A DNA stretch of 64,000 nt. Origin: Zancudomyces culisetae HAW-14-8. Its lineage: Eukaryota; Fungi; Kickxellomycota. Shown here one piece after another: positions 11,432-22,359 of the stretch. The translations under genes and the position numbers were made by a program. The DNA lies in assembly GCA_052426225.1 (NCBI GenBank), contig JBNJNM010000011.1, positions 4,588,001 to 4,652,000 of the forward strand. Direction: 5' to 3'. The notes beneath the pieces are model-generated. The model had not been told where the DNA came from. It searched no databases and was given only the letters and a program-made list of their open reading frames with translations. The stretch's first letter is position 1; each line of letters starts with the position of its first letter.

Positions 11432-12935
11432 TTTGATTTGTCTTGAGGTTGTTTACTTTAATTCTAAGCTTGTACCGCTATTTTTAAGAATTAATATTTC
11501 GATTTTTCTTTTTTGTTTCAGAAAAGAAATTCTGTAGGCACTGTTTTTATACAGTAGTTAAAACTCCTACAAATATGAACAAAAGACTAGATAGAAAAAC
11601 AACAGGCCTCTCATTGGCAGAACGCCCTATGCCTAAATATGCAGTATTAGTTTTTCGCAATTGTAATTTGCAAATGGAATTAAAGGAGGAGGGTGGGGGA
11701 GTGAGGGATGGAAGAAAAAGAGTCATCTAAACTTACACAATGGTTTTAAAACAGATTATATGCGGAAATTGGATTACTAAGCCCAAAAAAAAATTTTTTT
11801 TTATTTTGCCTAAACTTATTATTACCAGCTTTGGGTTACAAGTGGTCAGACGGGAGTTTTTCAGGTGAATATTTTTCGGGTTGGAAAACACAAAAGCAGG
11901 TGGTATGCATCAAATCTGATAAACTCATGCCAAAAATATCCATATTAGTAAACAGGAAACAGATTCCTCTTACATATGCATAGCACAATGGGTGGAAGTG
12001 GTAATGGTAACAATTGGGACCAGTTAGCATGCTATTCATAAAAATATGCCAATATCAGCATAATTTGCATTTTATTTTTTGAGAGCAAAGCTAACCACCA
12101 TTTGTCTCTGATTCAAAGAATAAAAATATTAGAGTTTTCTAACCCCATTCATCTTTTGCTATGTTTTTCTTTTTAGTAGTACTACTAGCCTGTATAATTA
12201 TGAGTGCTGGGCTGATCATCTACCCAAAGCACCAACGTTACAGACTCATATGACCTCTCACCCCCCGTACTACCGAGTAATGATTAGTTCAATTAGCGGC
12301 TGATACATTGTATCAAATGTTTACCAGTGAATACAAGAGATGCTACAAGATAGGTTATATACACCAGAGTAAAAAAGCTCCAATGCTCGTTCCAATTTTA
12401 TAGCTGTACTTATCACATCTACATTACAGATAGTGGTGACAGTTATTGCTGTTGTTTATCTTCCTGCCAGTCTGTGTTCACAAAAAATGCACCCCCTTCA
12501 TGTGAACGTGTGTGGTACTATTCTATCTAATATAAGAGAACGAGAGTAGGAAAGACGCTCAGCGCATTTGCACCATATGGAAGTCTATGTGTTACACCCT
12601 TTGATTTACAATAAAAAAAGCTGTTCGTCTCATTATTGATTCTAAACTATGTTATCAAGTAAAAAGTAAATGTGAAGGGCGGAAGTGGGAGGAAAGGGTG
12701 TGTGTATCATGGGCTTCAATCTTACACATTCTTGATATCAACGCATCTCTCATCGCGTAATTCCACACTTCTTTGAGAACAAACCGAATTTTCCATAACA
12801 ATATTAGACGGAAGTGTTTTATTCACAAAAAAAAACAATAACGTACATACATTAGATATACATTACATTAGTATAGGCTCCCTTTATAATCATATAAAAA
12901 ATAACTCATAAAAAAATTGTGCTGATAACATGCCG

Positions 12936-14088
12936 TTAATTCTCAACAGGTAGTTCGTAGTCAATCTCTAGATCTTTGAGTTTGTTTTGCAACTTTTTCT
13001 GTTTACCAATAGCCCGTTTTCTAAGCTTCTCTAGTTGTTCAGGTGTTTTTTGTCTACTGTGTCTAATAGAATTGATTTTATGCCAGTCAACCGGTTTGTA
13101 CTTCTTGTTCGCACCCTTAAATAGATTTTTACCCTTATATTGCTCTGGTGCCAAGAGCTGGCATTTGAGTAGTCGATTGTACAAAAGATAATTGTTCATA
13201 GTTTCAGCTACAATTTCAGCAACCTCTTTTTGCTGAAATTCGATAAATGCATAGTGTTTTGGTCTACCCGTGATCTTATTTCGTGATAAGCGAAGTCTTG
13301 TTATCTTGCCGAATTGCGAAAAGTATTGCTTCATTTGCTTTTCATAAAACCCATGGGGTATTCTACCCAAATATATTATTCCTCTTCCATCATTTCTATT
13401 TTTGGTTTTGCTCAACTTTTTTTCCACTATAGCCTTGATGTTTTTATCCAAGATTATCTTGTCCTTTTCGAGTTCTTCAACCTCTTCGTCTTCAGCGAGT
13501 GTATCGTCACCCTCAGCTTCTTGCCCATCAACCATTTCTTTGTCAATAGCACGCATCAACTCTTGCTCGTCTTCACTATCTAATTCAGATTCACTCCCGC
13601 TTCCATTCTCCTCCTCAACTACTTCCTTCGCACTCTCTTTTCCTTTCGATTTGTTTCTCTTTTGACTTTTGCCTACAGTCTCAGTTTTAGCTTTTTTGCT
13701 AGGTTCATCGGACTTAGTTTTCTCTTCCTGTTCCTTTCTCTTCTTTGGTTGTTTCTCTTCTAAATAGAATTGAATTTATGCCATCAAATTTCGAGCCTGT
13801 TACACGTTATGCACCAAGATTCAAAAAATAAACCTATTTTACTAACCTGCTTTAGATTTCGTGGTGATTTCCTTTTGCTGTATATCCTTAGCGTTGATCG
13901 CTTCCTCTACTTTCTCTACCTTTTCTTTCTTTGCCGGTCTTCCGACCTTTTTGTTCTGAATCTTTGTACTCGCTAAATTTATAGTTTCGTGTTAATGATT
14001 CATTCTCTTTTATAATTAAAGCACAAATGCTCAACCTTTCGGCTGATTTAACCTAATAAACAGTGTACTTACCCTTTTTTGCAGCCAT
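12936..14088 (-). CDS. NOP15: Nucleolar RRM protein Nop15/NIFK, 3 exons (14088-14073, 13972-13847, 13759-12936), 321 aa
   Basis: IIYLGRIPHGFYE, RLRLSRNKITG, HYAFIEF, VAETMNNYLL. Upstream Lys/Glu-rich exons splice in frame through GT-AG introns. Confidence 0.9.
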
Positions 14089-15523
14089 TATATCTAATTT
14101 ATTAATACAGCACTATAGTCGATTTATTCTAGTTTGCAGGTGTGATTCCAAAACTACAAAGTTAACAGCAGTACTCGCTTTTGATCCTTGTATTTCATGA
14201 AAAAAAAAAATTTTTTTTTTCCTCGAGTTCCTTTGGTTCAATAGAAATTGTCCATTTTCGAGTTTCTATAAATTTATGAAAAAATTTTAGCTGCCAGATC
14301 AAAGGAATTCAGAGATTCTTTTAGGATGTGTTGCCACAATGGCATAAAACAGTAAATCAGTTGTCAGCAATCCACTTGAGTAAGGATCGCTGCTTTTTTT
14401 TTTGTTTTTTTGAAAGTTTGTGGTATACACGCTCTATGTATCTGATCATTTTTCAAGATGAATTTCTTCTTTTTCCTTTTACTAGTGCAGGGGGAAAAAT
14501 AATATTTATAATAGCCATCGATGCTCACTTATGAAGCAAACGAGTTTAGATGAAACATCTCTTTCACAACAACAATCGCAACTTTTACGACCCATATTTG
14601 TCAAGAGAGACTTTTGAATAATATCTCTGTTGTTTTATGTTTAAAATATTTTTGTGTGTAAATACACATATAAACCTATACTGGGGTGTATTTACTTGGT
14701 TTCAATGTTTTTTTAGCGTAATTTCTTTTCTCAGCTAAAGACTCGAATTGTATACATATAAAGTTGGTTAGGCCAAAGGGCTAGACGATGAGGAAAGTAG
14801 TAATGAGGGAAATAGCATCATGATATATTTGTGGGATTTTGTATGACCTTAACAGGTACAGGTTGTGTATTACTTCAATACTCATATCTGAAGAAACATA
14901 ACTAGCTACAAAAGAAAATATTTGATACAAATACTTAAAAGTTGATCATTGCGATAACACAGGAAACAAGAAAATTGACGACACCATGCGTTTGAATTGT
15001 TTTAAAAAGACATATCTTTTCATTTACCAGCCTAAGTACGCTATAAAAACATTTATAGCCTGTGTTTGGGGATAAAAGCTAACAAAAACATTATTATTTT
15101 TTGTTTAAAATAATGTAGCAATAGCGGAAAATAACCACTTCAATCTAAATTGTCCCCAAAAGAAGCGCAAAGTTAAGTAATAGCGCATACTTGTTTTATT
15201 TAGTGTTAAGAAAATCGCACATATCAGTACAGATTTTCGGCAAATAAACTCGTTTTTATATTGTTAACTTGTATAACAAGCCAAACTAAGGCTATCTTTT
15301 AATGGAAACCTTTCCCCATTGAGTATTAATATGCATGGCTGATTATAACTTGAAGAACTCTTTTGTTTAAATTATTTATTCTGTAATGTATCTTTTACTT
15401 GATTAATTAGCTATTGATTTATTTTATCTTGGTTAACAGATAAATATATAAATAAATAAATACTATTTTTTAAATAAGAATAACCTCAGCATTCATAACT
15501 TCAAAGAATTCATTTAGCAAAGT

Positions 15524-16819
15524 ATGGTTAACCAAGTAGCAAAAAATGATACTTTGGAGCAGGTGAGCCTAGACAACCAGTGCGATGAGAAGGTGCTTGA
15601 ATACTATCCTTCAGATTGCAAGTACGCTCTTTTGATTCTACTTAGTGGTGTAATGATAAACATTTCGGTTACGGCAATGAGTGATACCTATGGAATATAC
15701 AACACGTACTATCTGGCACACTATTCAAACGAAAAACCATCAAAGATAGGATTAATAGGCACTGTGGGTATAGGCTTAATGTTACTATTCCCTATATTTT
15801 TGGGTGTGCCTATACACTATCTCGGATATAGAGCTGTAGTTTGGATAGGTGGCACTATTGCTGCACTTGGATTGATTGTGGCTTCGTTTTGCACAGAGAT
15901 ATGGCAGCTCATATTGTCACATGGCTTGATCTTTGGAATAGGAGCATCGATGCCATTTTTTTGTTCCTATGCATTAGTGTCATTATGGTTTAAAAAGTAT
16001 CAGGGAATCGCCATGGGCGTGGTTAATTCTGGTTCCGGAATGGGTGGGATTATATACCCGCTCGTTAAACAAAAACTATTTTCTTCTGTGGGTATACCAT
16101 GGACTCTTAGGATTTCAGCTATATACATTTTTACATGTGTACTACTTTCTGGAATCGTTATTAAGCGCAGGGTTTCAAAATCCAAAGAGGCTTCCATGAT
16201 GGAATTAAGAGCAGTAGCAGATCCGTTTATCTTACTTGTGGGTACTAGTGCTTTTCTAAATGATTTGGCATACACTGGTCCCATATTCTACTTTCCCACT
16301 ATACTACAGGACAGGGGTTATACCTTTTCGGAATCACTGATATTCCCACTATGTACTAATATCGGTGCAATGGTTGGGAGCATATTGATGGGACTCTTTT
16401 CTTTTAAAATAGGCGAGATAAACACTGTACTGATTTCAATTGCTACCCTATCCATAATAGTCCCCGTTTTCTGGCTAACAACAACTAATCCTACCCCGCT
16501 ACTAGTACTCGGATTTTTTTACGGATTTTTCTATGCAGCAATACACGCGTTGTTTCCCGCGATTATAGGACGATATTACCATGGACCAAGATCAACCGGG
16601 TTAATCAGTGTGATATTCCTATTTGTGGCATCAGGAACTGTTCTTGGCGGGCCAGTGAATGGTGGATTTTTTGAGATTTCTGAAAAAATTAAAAGTAGTT
16701 ATCCTCTTGCTCTATTCTTTTCTTGCACCTTAGTTGCTTCATTTACATCTTTGACGTTAGCACAGTTTTGTATAAAAAAGAGGATTGCCTCAAGAAAAAC
16801 CAAAGGAGATCTCATATGA
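15524..16819 (+). CDS. MFS transporter, monocarboxylate-porter (Mch/MCT-like) family
   Basis: ~12 hydrophobic segments; WQLILSHGLIFGIG and WFKKYQGIAMGVVNSGSGMGG motifs. Confidence 0.88.
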   Translation: MVNQVAKNDTLEQVSLDNQCDEKVLEYYPSDCKYALLILLSGVMINISVTAMSDTYGIYNTYYLAHYSNEKPSKIGLIGTVGIGLMLLFPIFLGVPIHYLGYRAVVWIGGTIAALGLIVASFCTEIWQLILSHGLIFGIGASMPFFCSYALVSLWFKKYQGIAMGVVNSGSGMGGIIYPLVKQKLFSSVGIPWTLRISAIYIFTCVLLSGIVIKRRVSKSKEASMMELRAVADPFILLVGTSAFLNDLAYTGPIFYFPTILQDRGYTFSESLIFPLCTNIGAMVGSILMGLFSFKIGEINTVLISIATLSIIVPVFWLTTTNPTPLLVLGFFYGFFYAAIHALFPAIIGRYYHGPRSTGLISVIFLFVASGTVLGGPVNGGFFEISEKIKSSYPLALFFSCTLVASFTSLTLAQFCIKKRIASRKTKGDLI

Positions 16820-18034
16820 ACATAAAGTTTTAGTCTGGCTGCATTAGATGTCAGCCTGCTTATTTCTGTTTTAGTAATAAATTACACACGTTTTGGCAAA
16901 AAAAAAATTTACCTGCTTATATTTGTTCATGTATAAAGGATGTGCAATATATTGACTCTGCTACTAGATGAGCCTATGTAAGAGCTGACAGTTTGTTTGT
17001 TTTCAAAATATGGATTTAATGATGGATATACAAGGACATGTTTTTAGGTGGCTTTCATTGTGAGTGGCCTTGCCATACATACAGTTAGTGGAGAAACCTT
17101 ACAGTAAACTTATGATGGAGGGTACTATGTTTGGGAAATTTTAAGTATAGTGCAATAGCTGAGAGGCAAGAAGTCCGCGTTGTAGTTTTTTTTTGTACTT
17201 GCCTATTAAGATCACCTTTTGTAATGGACAGGTGAATGAAGGGAGAGGAGAGAGTACAACAAAGAAAATTCACCAAAAAGGGAAACAGTAATTGCGAGCA
17301 GAAAATATACCAGCTGAGCCAATCTGTTGGAGAAGCTATGGCAGCCTCGATAATAATTTGTAAGTTCAGAAAATTTTAAACAAATAAAAGTCACGTTTTA
17401 GATTTTGGAATAAGAATCAACGCTTCCCAAAGACTGATTGGTAAACTAAAATGAATGAAAAAAAATCATAAGCAATGCTAGCCAACAGATTTAGCTGCAT
17501 ATAACGTGACAGCCAGTTTTCCACTAAACGCAGCTTGTATGGAAATTTTACAATCCATTTTTGAATAAAAAAGGTTGGTTGAAGATAAAAGTGCAACTAT
17601 TCGGAGATTGCTGAGTTAGGCCTATTTTCCAATAAATGGTTGTTTTATGTAAGAATTAAGCTGCACCTCCTAGAGAATAAAATAAAACGAAACAAAACGA
17701 AACAAAACGAAATAAAGGATGTTAAAGAGGTCATATGGCTAATAGAGTATATGTTTCTTTTTGAATTGAACAAAGCCTTAAGCACAACTAGTATAAACCA
17801 ACAAATATTCTAAAAACTGTAATATCAGAAAATATATCTTTTGCAAAACGGCCACGGCTTTTTATCTTATTTTTTTTTAAAAAAACAATATATAATACCA
17901 AATTAGTACAGTAGTGCAAATTTGCTCTTAAGTATTAGAGAGTGATATAGGGTAGGGTGTTAGTTATATATAACTTATAATTTCAGTTATGCTTTTTACA
18001 GATTTATGGTACTAAACATCAACTTTTGTACGCA

Positions 18035-19675
18035 ATGAGAAAAATGACGTTAATCAAACTGAGAGGGCAGATAGTAGAGTGTATCCGGAAGGCCAAGCTT
18101 AGAAGTGCACGGATGCTTATGCTGAATGGTGGGATATATGCGGAATATGAGAATGAAGGTGTTAGCAAAAGGCTCAAATCGATAGAATCTAGCAATAGTA
18201 GCGAAGCCAAAAGCGGAGATACCGAATCTAAAACATCTACAAAATCTAGAAATGCGAAAAAACAAGCCAGAGAGGCCAGTGCTGGCAGGATAGAAGCACC
18301 ATTACGACCCATCTACATTGCACCAAGAAATCCAATCGTTCTTTGTCATGGATTATATGGATTTGACGTAAGAGGACCAACCTCCATGCCTCTCTTGCAA
18401 ATTCATTATTGGACCGGTATAAAAGAGCAACTACAGAAATTGGGTGCAAAAGTTGTGGTATCTCGCGTCTCCGGAACCGGTGGGATTAGAAGGAGAGCAT
18501 TTGAATTACACGAGTCTATACAGAAACAATTGAAAAATAGTGCCGATTTTTTTGATTCTAGTGGGGATCCTTGTGTTAATCTTGTAGGTCACTCAATGGG
18601 CGGTTTAGATGGACGATACCTGATTACGCATGTTTTGCCAAAAGTAGATTCAATATACTCTGTTGGATCACTTACAACAGTTTCAACACCACATCGCGGA
18701 AGCCCATTTATGGACTGGTGCCAAAAGTACTTGGGTCTTGGAAATATATTTGAGGATGAATTTTTGTGCCAAGGGACCAGACCAGGAAATACTGAGCGTA
18801 GAATAGACGAGGAAATATCAAATACAATACACTCTGTGGTTGATCCGCAAAATTCGAGCGGTCTTGAATTTGCAAGACTGCAGGGTAGGTACAGGGGTGG
18901 AAGTGGTGTTGGTGTTGGTGTTGGAGATGAAAAGACCAATTCCATGTTTAGAAATATTGACAAAAATGATGCAAAGCTTGAGCAATTTGTAGATTCATTG
19001 AATTCATTTATGGGAAATGATATTTGGAGACTAAGTGCAGAAGGAAACGTGGATTTGCCCCTGATGAACTCAAAATCCAAAAATATTTCTGCTTCCGAAG
19101 ACAAAGACATAAGTAAGGTCGGACCCAAATTCAGCTCTTTAAAATCTGCTGGTCTACACTGGGGAGCTGTTGGAGGAAGCTACTTAAGCCAGTCAGTTGT
19201 ACTTATGAAGCAACTGATCTCCCGGCTCATTATGATGGCAGATACACCTGCTTACGCCTGCTTAACTACTGATTTTTGCAACAGGGTTTTCAATCCGAAT
19301 ACGCCCGATGCTGATCATGTAAAGTATTATTCATATGGTGCCAAAATCGATCCATCACTCGCATCTTCACGCTTATTCTTTACCTCACTTTTGTTTCCAC
19401 ATAGCGTTGTATATAACGCCGATGGGGATAATGATGGATTTGTCAGCGTAAAATCTGCCACCTATGGCAAATATCTAGGCACTTTGACCTGTGGTCATTT
19501 TGACTTGACAAACAAAAACCGACTAACAGGTACCTATCGATACCTATCAAAAAATATGCCGAGAGCCGGCTTCCTTGGGTCTATTTTTTCTGAGGGTAAA
19601 AATCCTTCTTTAGATTTTGATCCGGTGGAATTTTATCTTCAGCTAGCGACCAGGTTATATAATTACGGTTTTTAA
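18035..19675 (+). CDS. Alpha/beta-hydrolase triacylglycerol lipase (Tgl2-like), probably mitochondrial
   Basis: PIVLCHGLYGF, GHSMGG nucleophile elbow, TPHRGS, DNDGFVSV, GH. Long internal insertion. Start uncertain; first ATG at 18035. Confidence 0.88.
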   Translation: MRKMTLIKLRGQIVECIRKAKLRSARMLMLNGGIYAEYENEGVSKRLKSIESSNSSEAKSGDTESKTSTKSRNAKKQAREASAGRIEAPLRPIYIAPRNPIVLCHGLYGFDVRGPTSMPLLQIHYWTGIKEQLQKLGAKVVVSRVSGTGGIRRRAFELHESIQKQLKNSADFFDSSGDPCVNLVGHSMGGLDGRYLITHVLPKVDSIYSVGSLTTVSTPHRGSPFMDWCQKYLGLGNIFEDEFLCQGTRPGNTERRIDEEISNTIHSVVDPQNSSGLEFARLQGRYRGGSGVGVGVGDEKTNSMFRNIDKNDAKLEQFVDSLNSFMGNDIWRLSAEGNVDLPLMNSKSKNISASEDKDISKVGPKFSSLKSAGLHWGAVGGSYLSQSVVLMKQLISRLIMMADTPAYACLTTDFCNRVFNPNTPDADHVKYYSYGAKIDPSLASSRLFFTSLLFPHSVVYNADGDNDGFVSVKSATYGKYLGTLTCGHFDLTNKNRLTGTYRYLSKNMPRAGFLGSIFSEGKNPSLDFDPVEFYLQLATRLYNYGF

Positions 19676-19993
19676 AAAAAGCTGAGTTGGTGGGGAGGGG
19701 AGTGTGTGGTTCTCCTTTTTCCTTGTCAATATACGGTATGCATATTGTGCACTCTCCCTTGTGATTTTTGCGCGCAATTGTATTTATACTACTTTCTTGA
19801 TAAACTAGCTTTTTGTGTAGCTAAATTTAGATTTATCTAGCTATTGAACTGTTGTATCTGGCACTTTTTAGTAACAGGTGCTTAGAATATCAGAATGAAG
19901 AAACTATGATTTATTCCTACAGATCTATCTATAATTTTAAATCCTTGGGCGCTATCTTGCATAAAGATGTACCAACATTGACAACATGAATAG

Positions 19994-20097
19994 GGTCTTG
20001 CTTTAGTGCGGTTGAGGTAGGTGATACACTTGATTTTAGCTTCAAGTTCGATATACCTAACCTCGAGATGGCAGGATCAAGACCAGCTTTTTTTTTT
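19994..20097 (+). other. Intergenic ~90-nt imperfect hairpin followed by T10 (candidate structured ncRNA)
   Basis: Nested pairings ggtcttg/caagacc, gaggt-aggt/acct-a-acctc and acttga/tcaagt; T-run at 20088-20097. Confidence 0.35.
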
Positions 20098-21669
20098 CAC
20101 AGATTTAACCAGTTATTTCTTGCAATGAATGAACTGGGCAGTCGTCTGGAGTAAACTAGGAAGGAAAAGGCGTTGTAGAATTATGAATGGAGTGCGAGAA
20201 CATGGGACGGTGCATTTTTTTCTACGGTCGGGAATTTCTAAGAATGCTAACCTCAGTACGATTAAATTTGTTTATGCGCATAATTGACGTGAGGAGGTAT
20301 GGGTTGATTATACTAAAAGCACAGACTTTTTCTTTTCTTTTCGTTGTTCTTTTTCTTGAATGTAGATATATTGTCATTTAGATAAAGGAGCAGAAACATT
20401 GTAATAAAAGTTTTACCTAACAATAATTACATTTTAACTTTAAACCTACCGTTATTTTCAGGTGTGTGTTATGGTGCCCTTCAAGGCATGATACAGTTAT
20501 GTGCACAAGAAAATGAAAAAAAAAGAGGCTAGTTAGTGTTTGAGTGGGTGAGTGGTATCTCGATATTTTGAGATAATAGCCACAAAAAGTCAGAGTTTTG
20601 ACCTCTATGCCTTTGTAAAAATAATGCTATTTTGTGAATATAATATATATGGTAATAGGTGCTAGTGACCAAATAAAAAGGCAAGCCAGTATGGGTGAAA
20701 GGGTGTGATGGATTTAGGTTCACATGAGAACTTGGGAAGGGAATTTGCCATACTATGAATATTTTGTAGAAATTCCCTGTGCAAATAGTTCTGATATGTT
20801 GGTGTCTCGGATTACAATTCTCAGTTAATGGAGGAGTAGTTAGTACACCAAGAAAATACTTTTTATACTTCTAGATTAATTCATGCCAAGGTTATTTCTA
20901 CACGGAACATTTTGAATACATAGCCAAAGCCTGGTGATTAGTAAATACCCATTGTATTCTCTGATGACTTTTATTAACACGAAACAAGCCAAGGAGAAAA
21001 CAAGACATTTGGAAGTAATAAACAACACTCATAGATATAGTTTTGTATGGCAAGTTATTCTTATAAAAAAAAAGTGGTTTAATTTGTCTACAATATGGTT
21101 TATAAGGCATTACCATTGTTTGTATATAATGGTAAATCAAGTCTCGACAAGGACTAAATGAATAAAAAGTAAGCTTTATACGGACGCTCTTTAGTACAAA
21201 AAAGTTGCAATGAATCTATTAGTATAAACCAAGCTAGACAACAAAAAGTGTTGCCATTAAAACGAGACTTAGAAATACGAGCAAAGATACTAAAAAAAAA
21301 GGCCATTGAAATAACGCATTTGCAGCGGAAATATGTTAGGTAAGAGTTTGGGAGTAAATTTATTTGATGCTTAGAGTAACTTGGATCATAACTTGACCCA
21401 AAATGCAGTAGTGTGTGAAGTTGTAATGTATATTACAACTGTATAATACGTTGAGGCGAGTAACTGAAAGCGATGTTCACTCTATAACTACCAAAGAATA
21501 AAAAGAAAGTTAGGATGTAGAAAGAAAAAGAGAAAAAAGAGGAAGGAGGAATGAAGAAGGAAGGTGGTGGTCATCTTAAACTTCTAGAAAAAAAAAACTA
21601 ATGATATTACTTTTTGTTTTTACGCACATTGGTATTCTAGACAAGCGTTTTTTTTTCCTGCTGTGGTTG

Positions 21670-21700
21670 TTTTAATATACACACGTTGTGTATATTAAAA
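21670..21700. repeat. Perfect 14-bp inverted repeat with 3-nt spacer
   Basis: ttttaatatacaca-cgt-tgtgtatattaaaa. Confidence 0.85.
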
Positions 21701-22359
21701 TCTATTGTTATTGTCTGCATCTCCACCAAAGTGGTTAATAATGATATTATGTTGTTCAAGTGGAGAAATATAAATGACATGATTAGCGCAAAATCTTTTT
21801 GATCCAACCATCTATTGAGTGTCCTTCATTAACCAGTGTTGCGGACTCTATTCAAGATTGGGGATTAATAAAAACGTACCAAATGCTGTTAATTTACTCT
21901 GTGTCCGCAGCATCAAGTAAAATAATAGCTGCAAATGAGATCAGCTAAATTGGTAATGAGTGTGTTTTGGTGTTACTTTTTTCAAACGTGCTAATTGGAT
22001 TATAAAATTTTTTTTATCAAAATTAGATAAACGACTAATAAATAAATAAATTAGGCGAGAAAAAACTAAACTGATTCAAGTGTGAGAAGATATGATGAGG
22101 CAACTGGCGAAAAAAACTTTAAATTGTTAGAAGCTGATTTAATGTATAATTAAACAATAATTAATGTTCAAATAATACTGACTTTGAAGGGTATATTAAC
22201 TGAAAGGCAGGGCCTAAACTATAAAGAAATTACCTAGATACTATTGATACGTCAAAATCTGTAAAGATTGTGACTCTGAGCTCCAATTAAAATAGCTAAT
22301 ATATAGTAATTGATAAAGCATCAAGAAAATTGGGAGCACCTCTGCAAATAAAATATATA

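Noticed and set aside
20013-20020. let-7 seed-like TGAGGTAG in the hairpin arm
   Set aside because: An 8-nt match is expected by chance, the rest does not match, and let-7 is animal-specific
22092-22203. C/D snoRNA-like boxes (ATGATGA...CTGA)
   Set aside because: No terminal stem and no recognisable rRNA-antisense element
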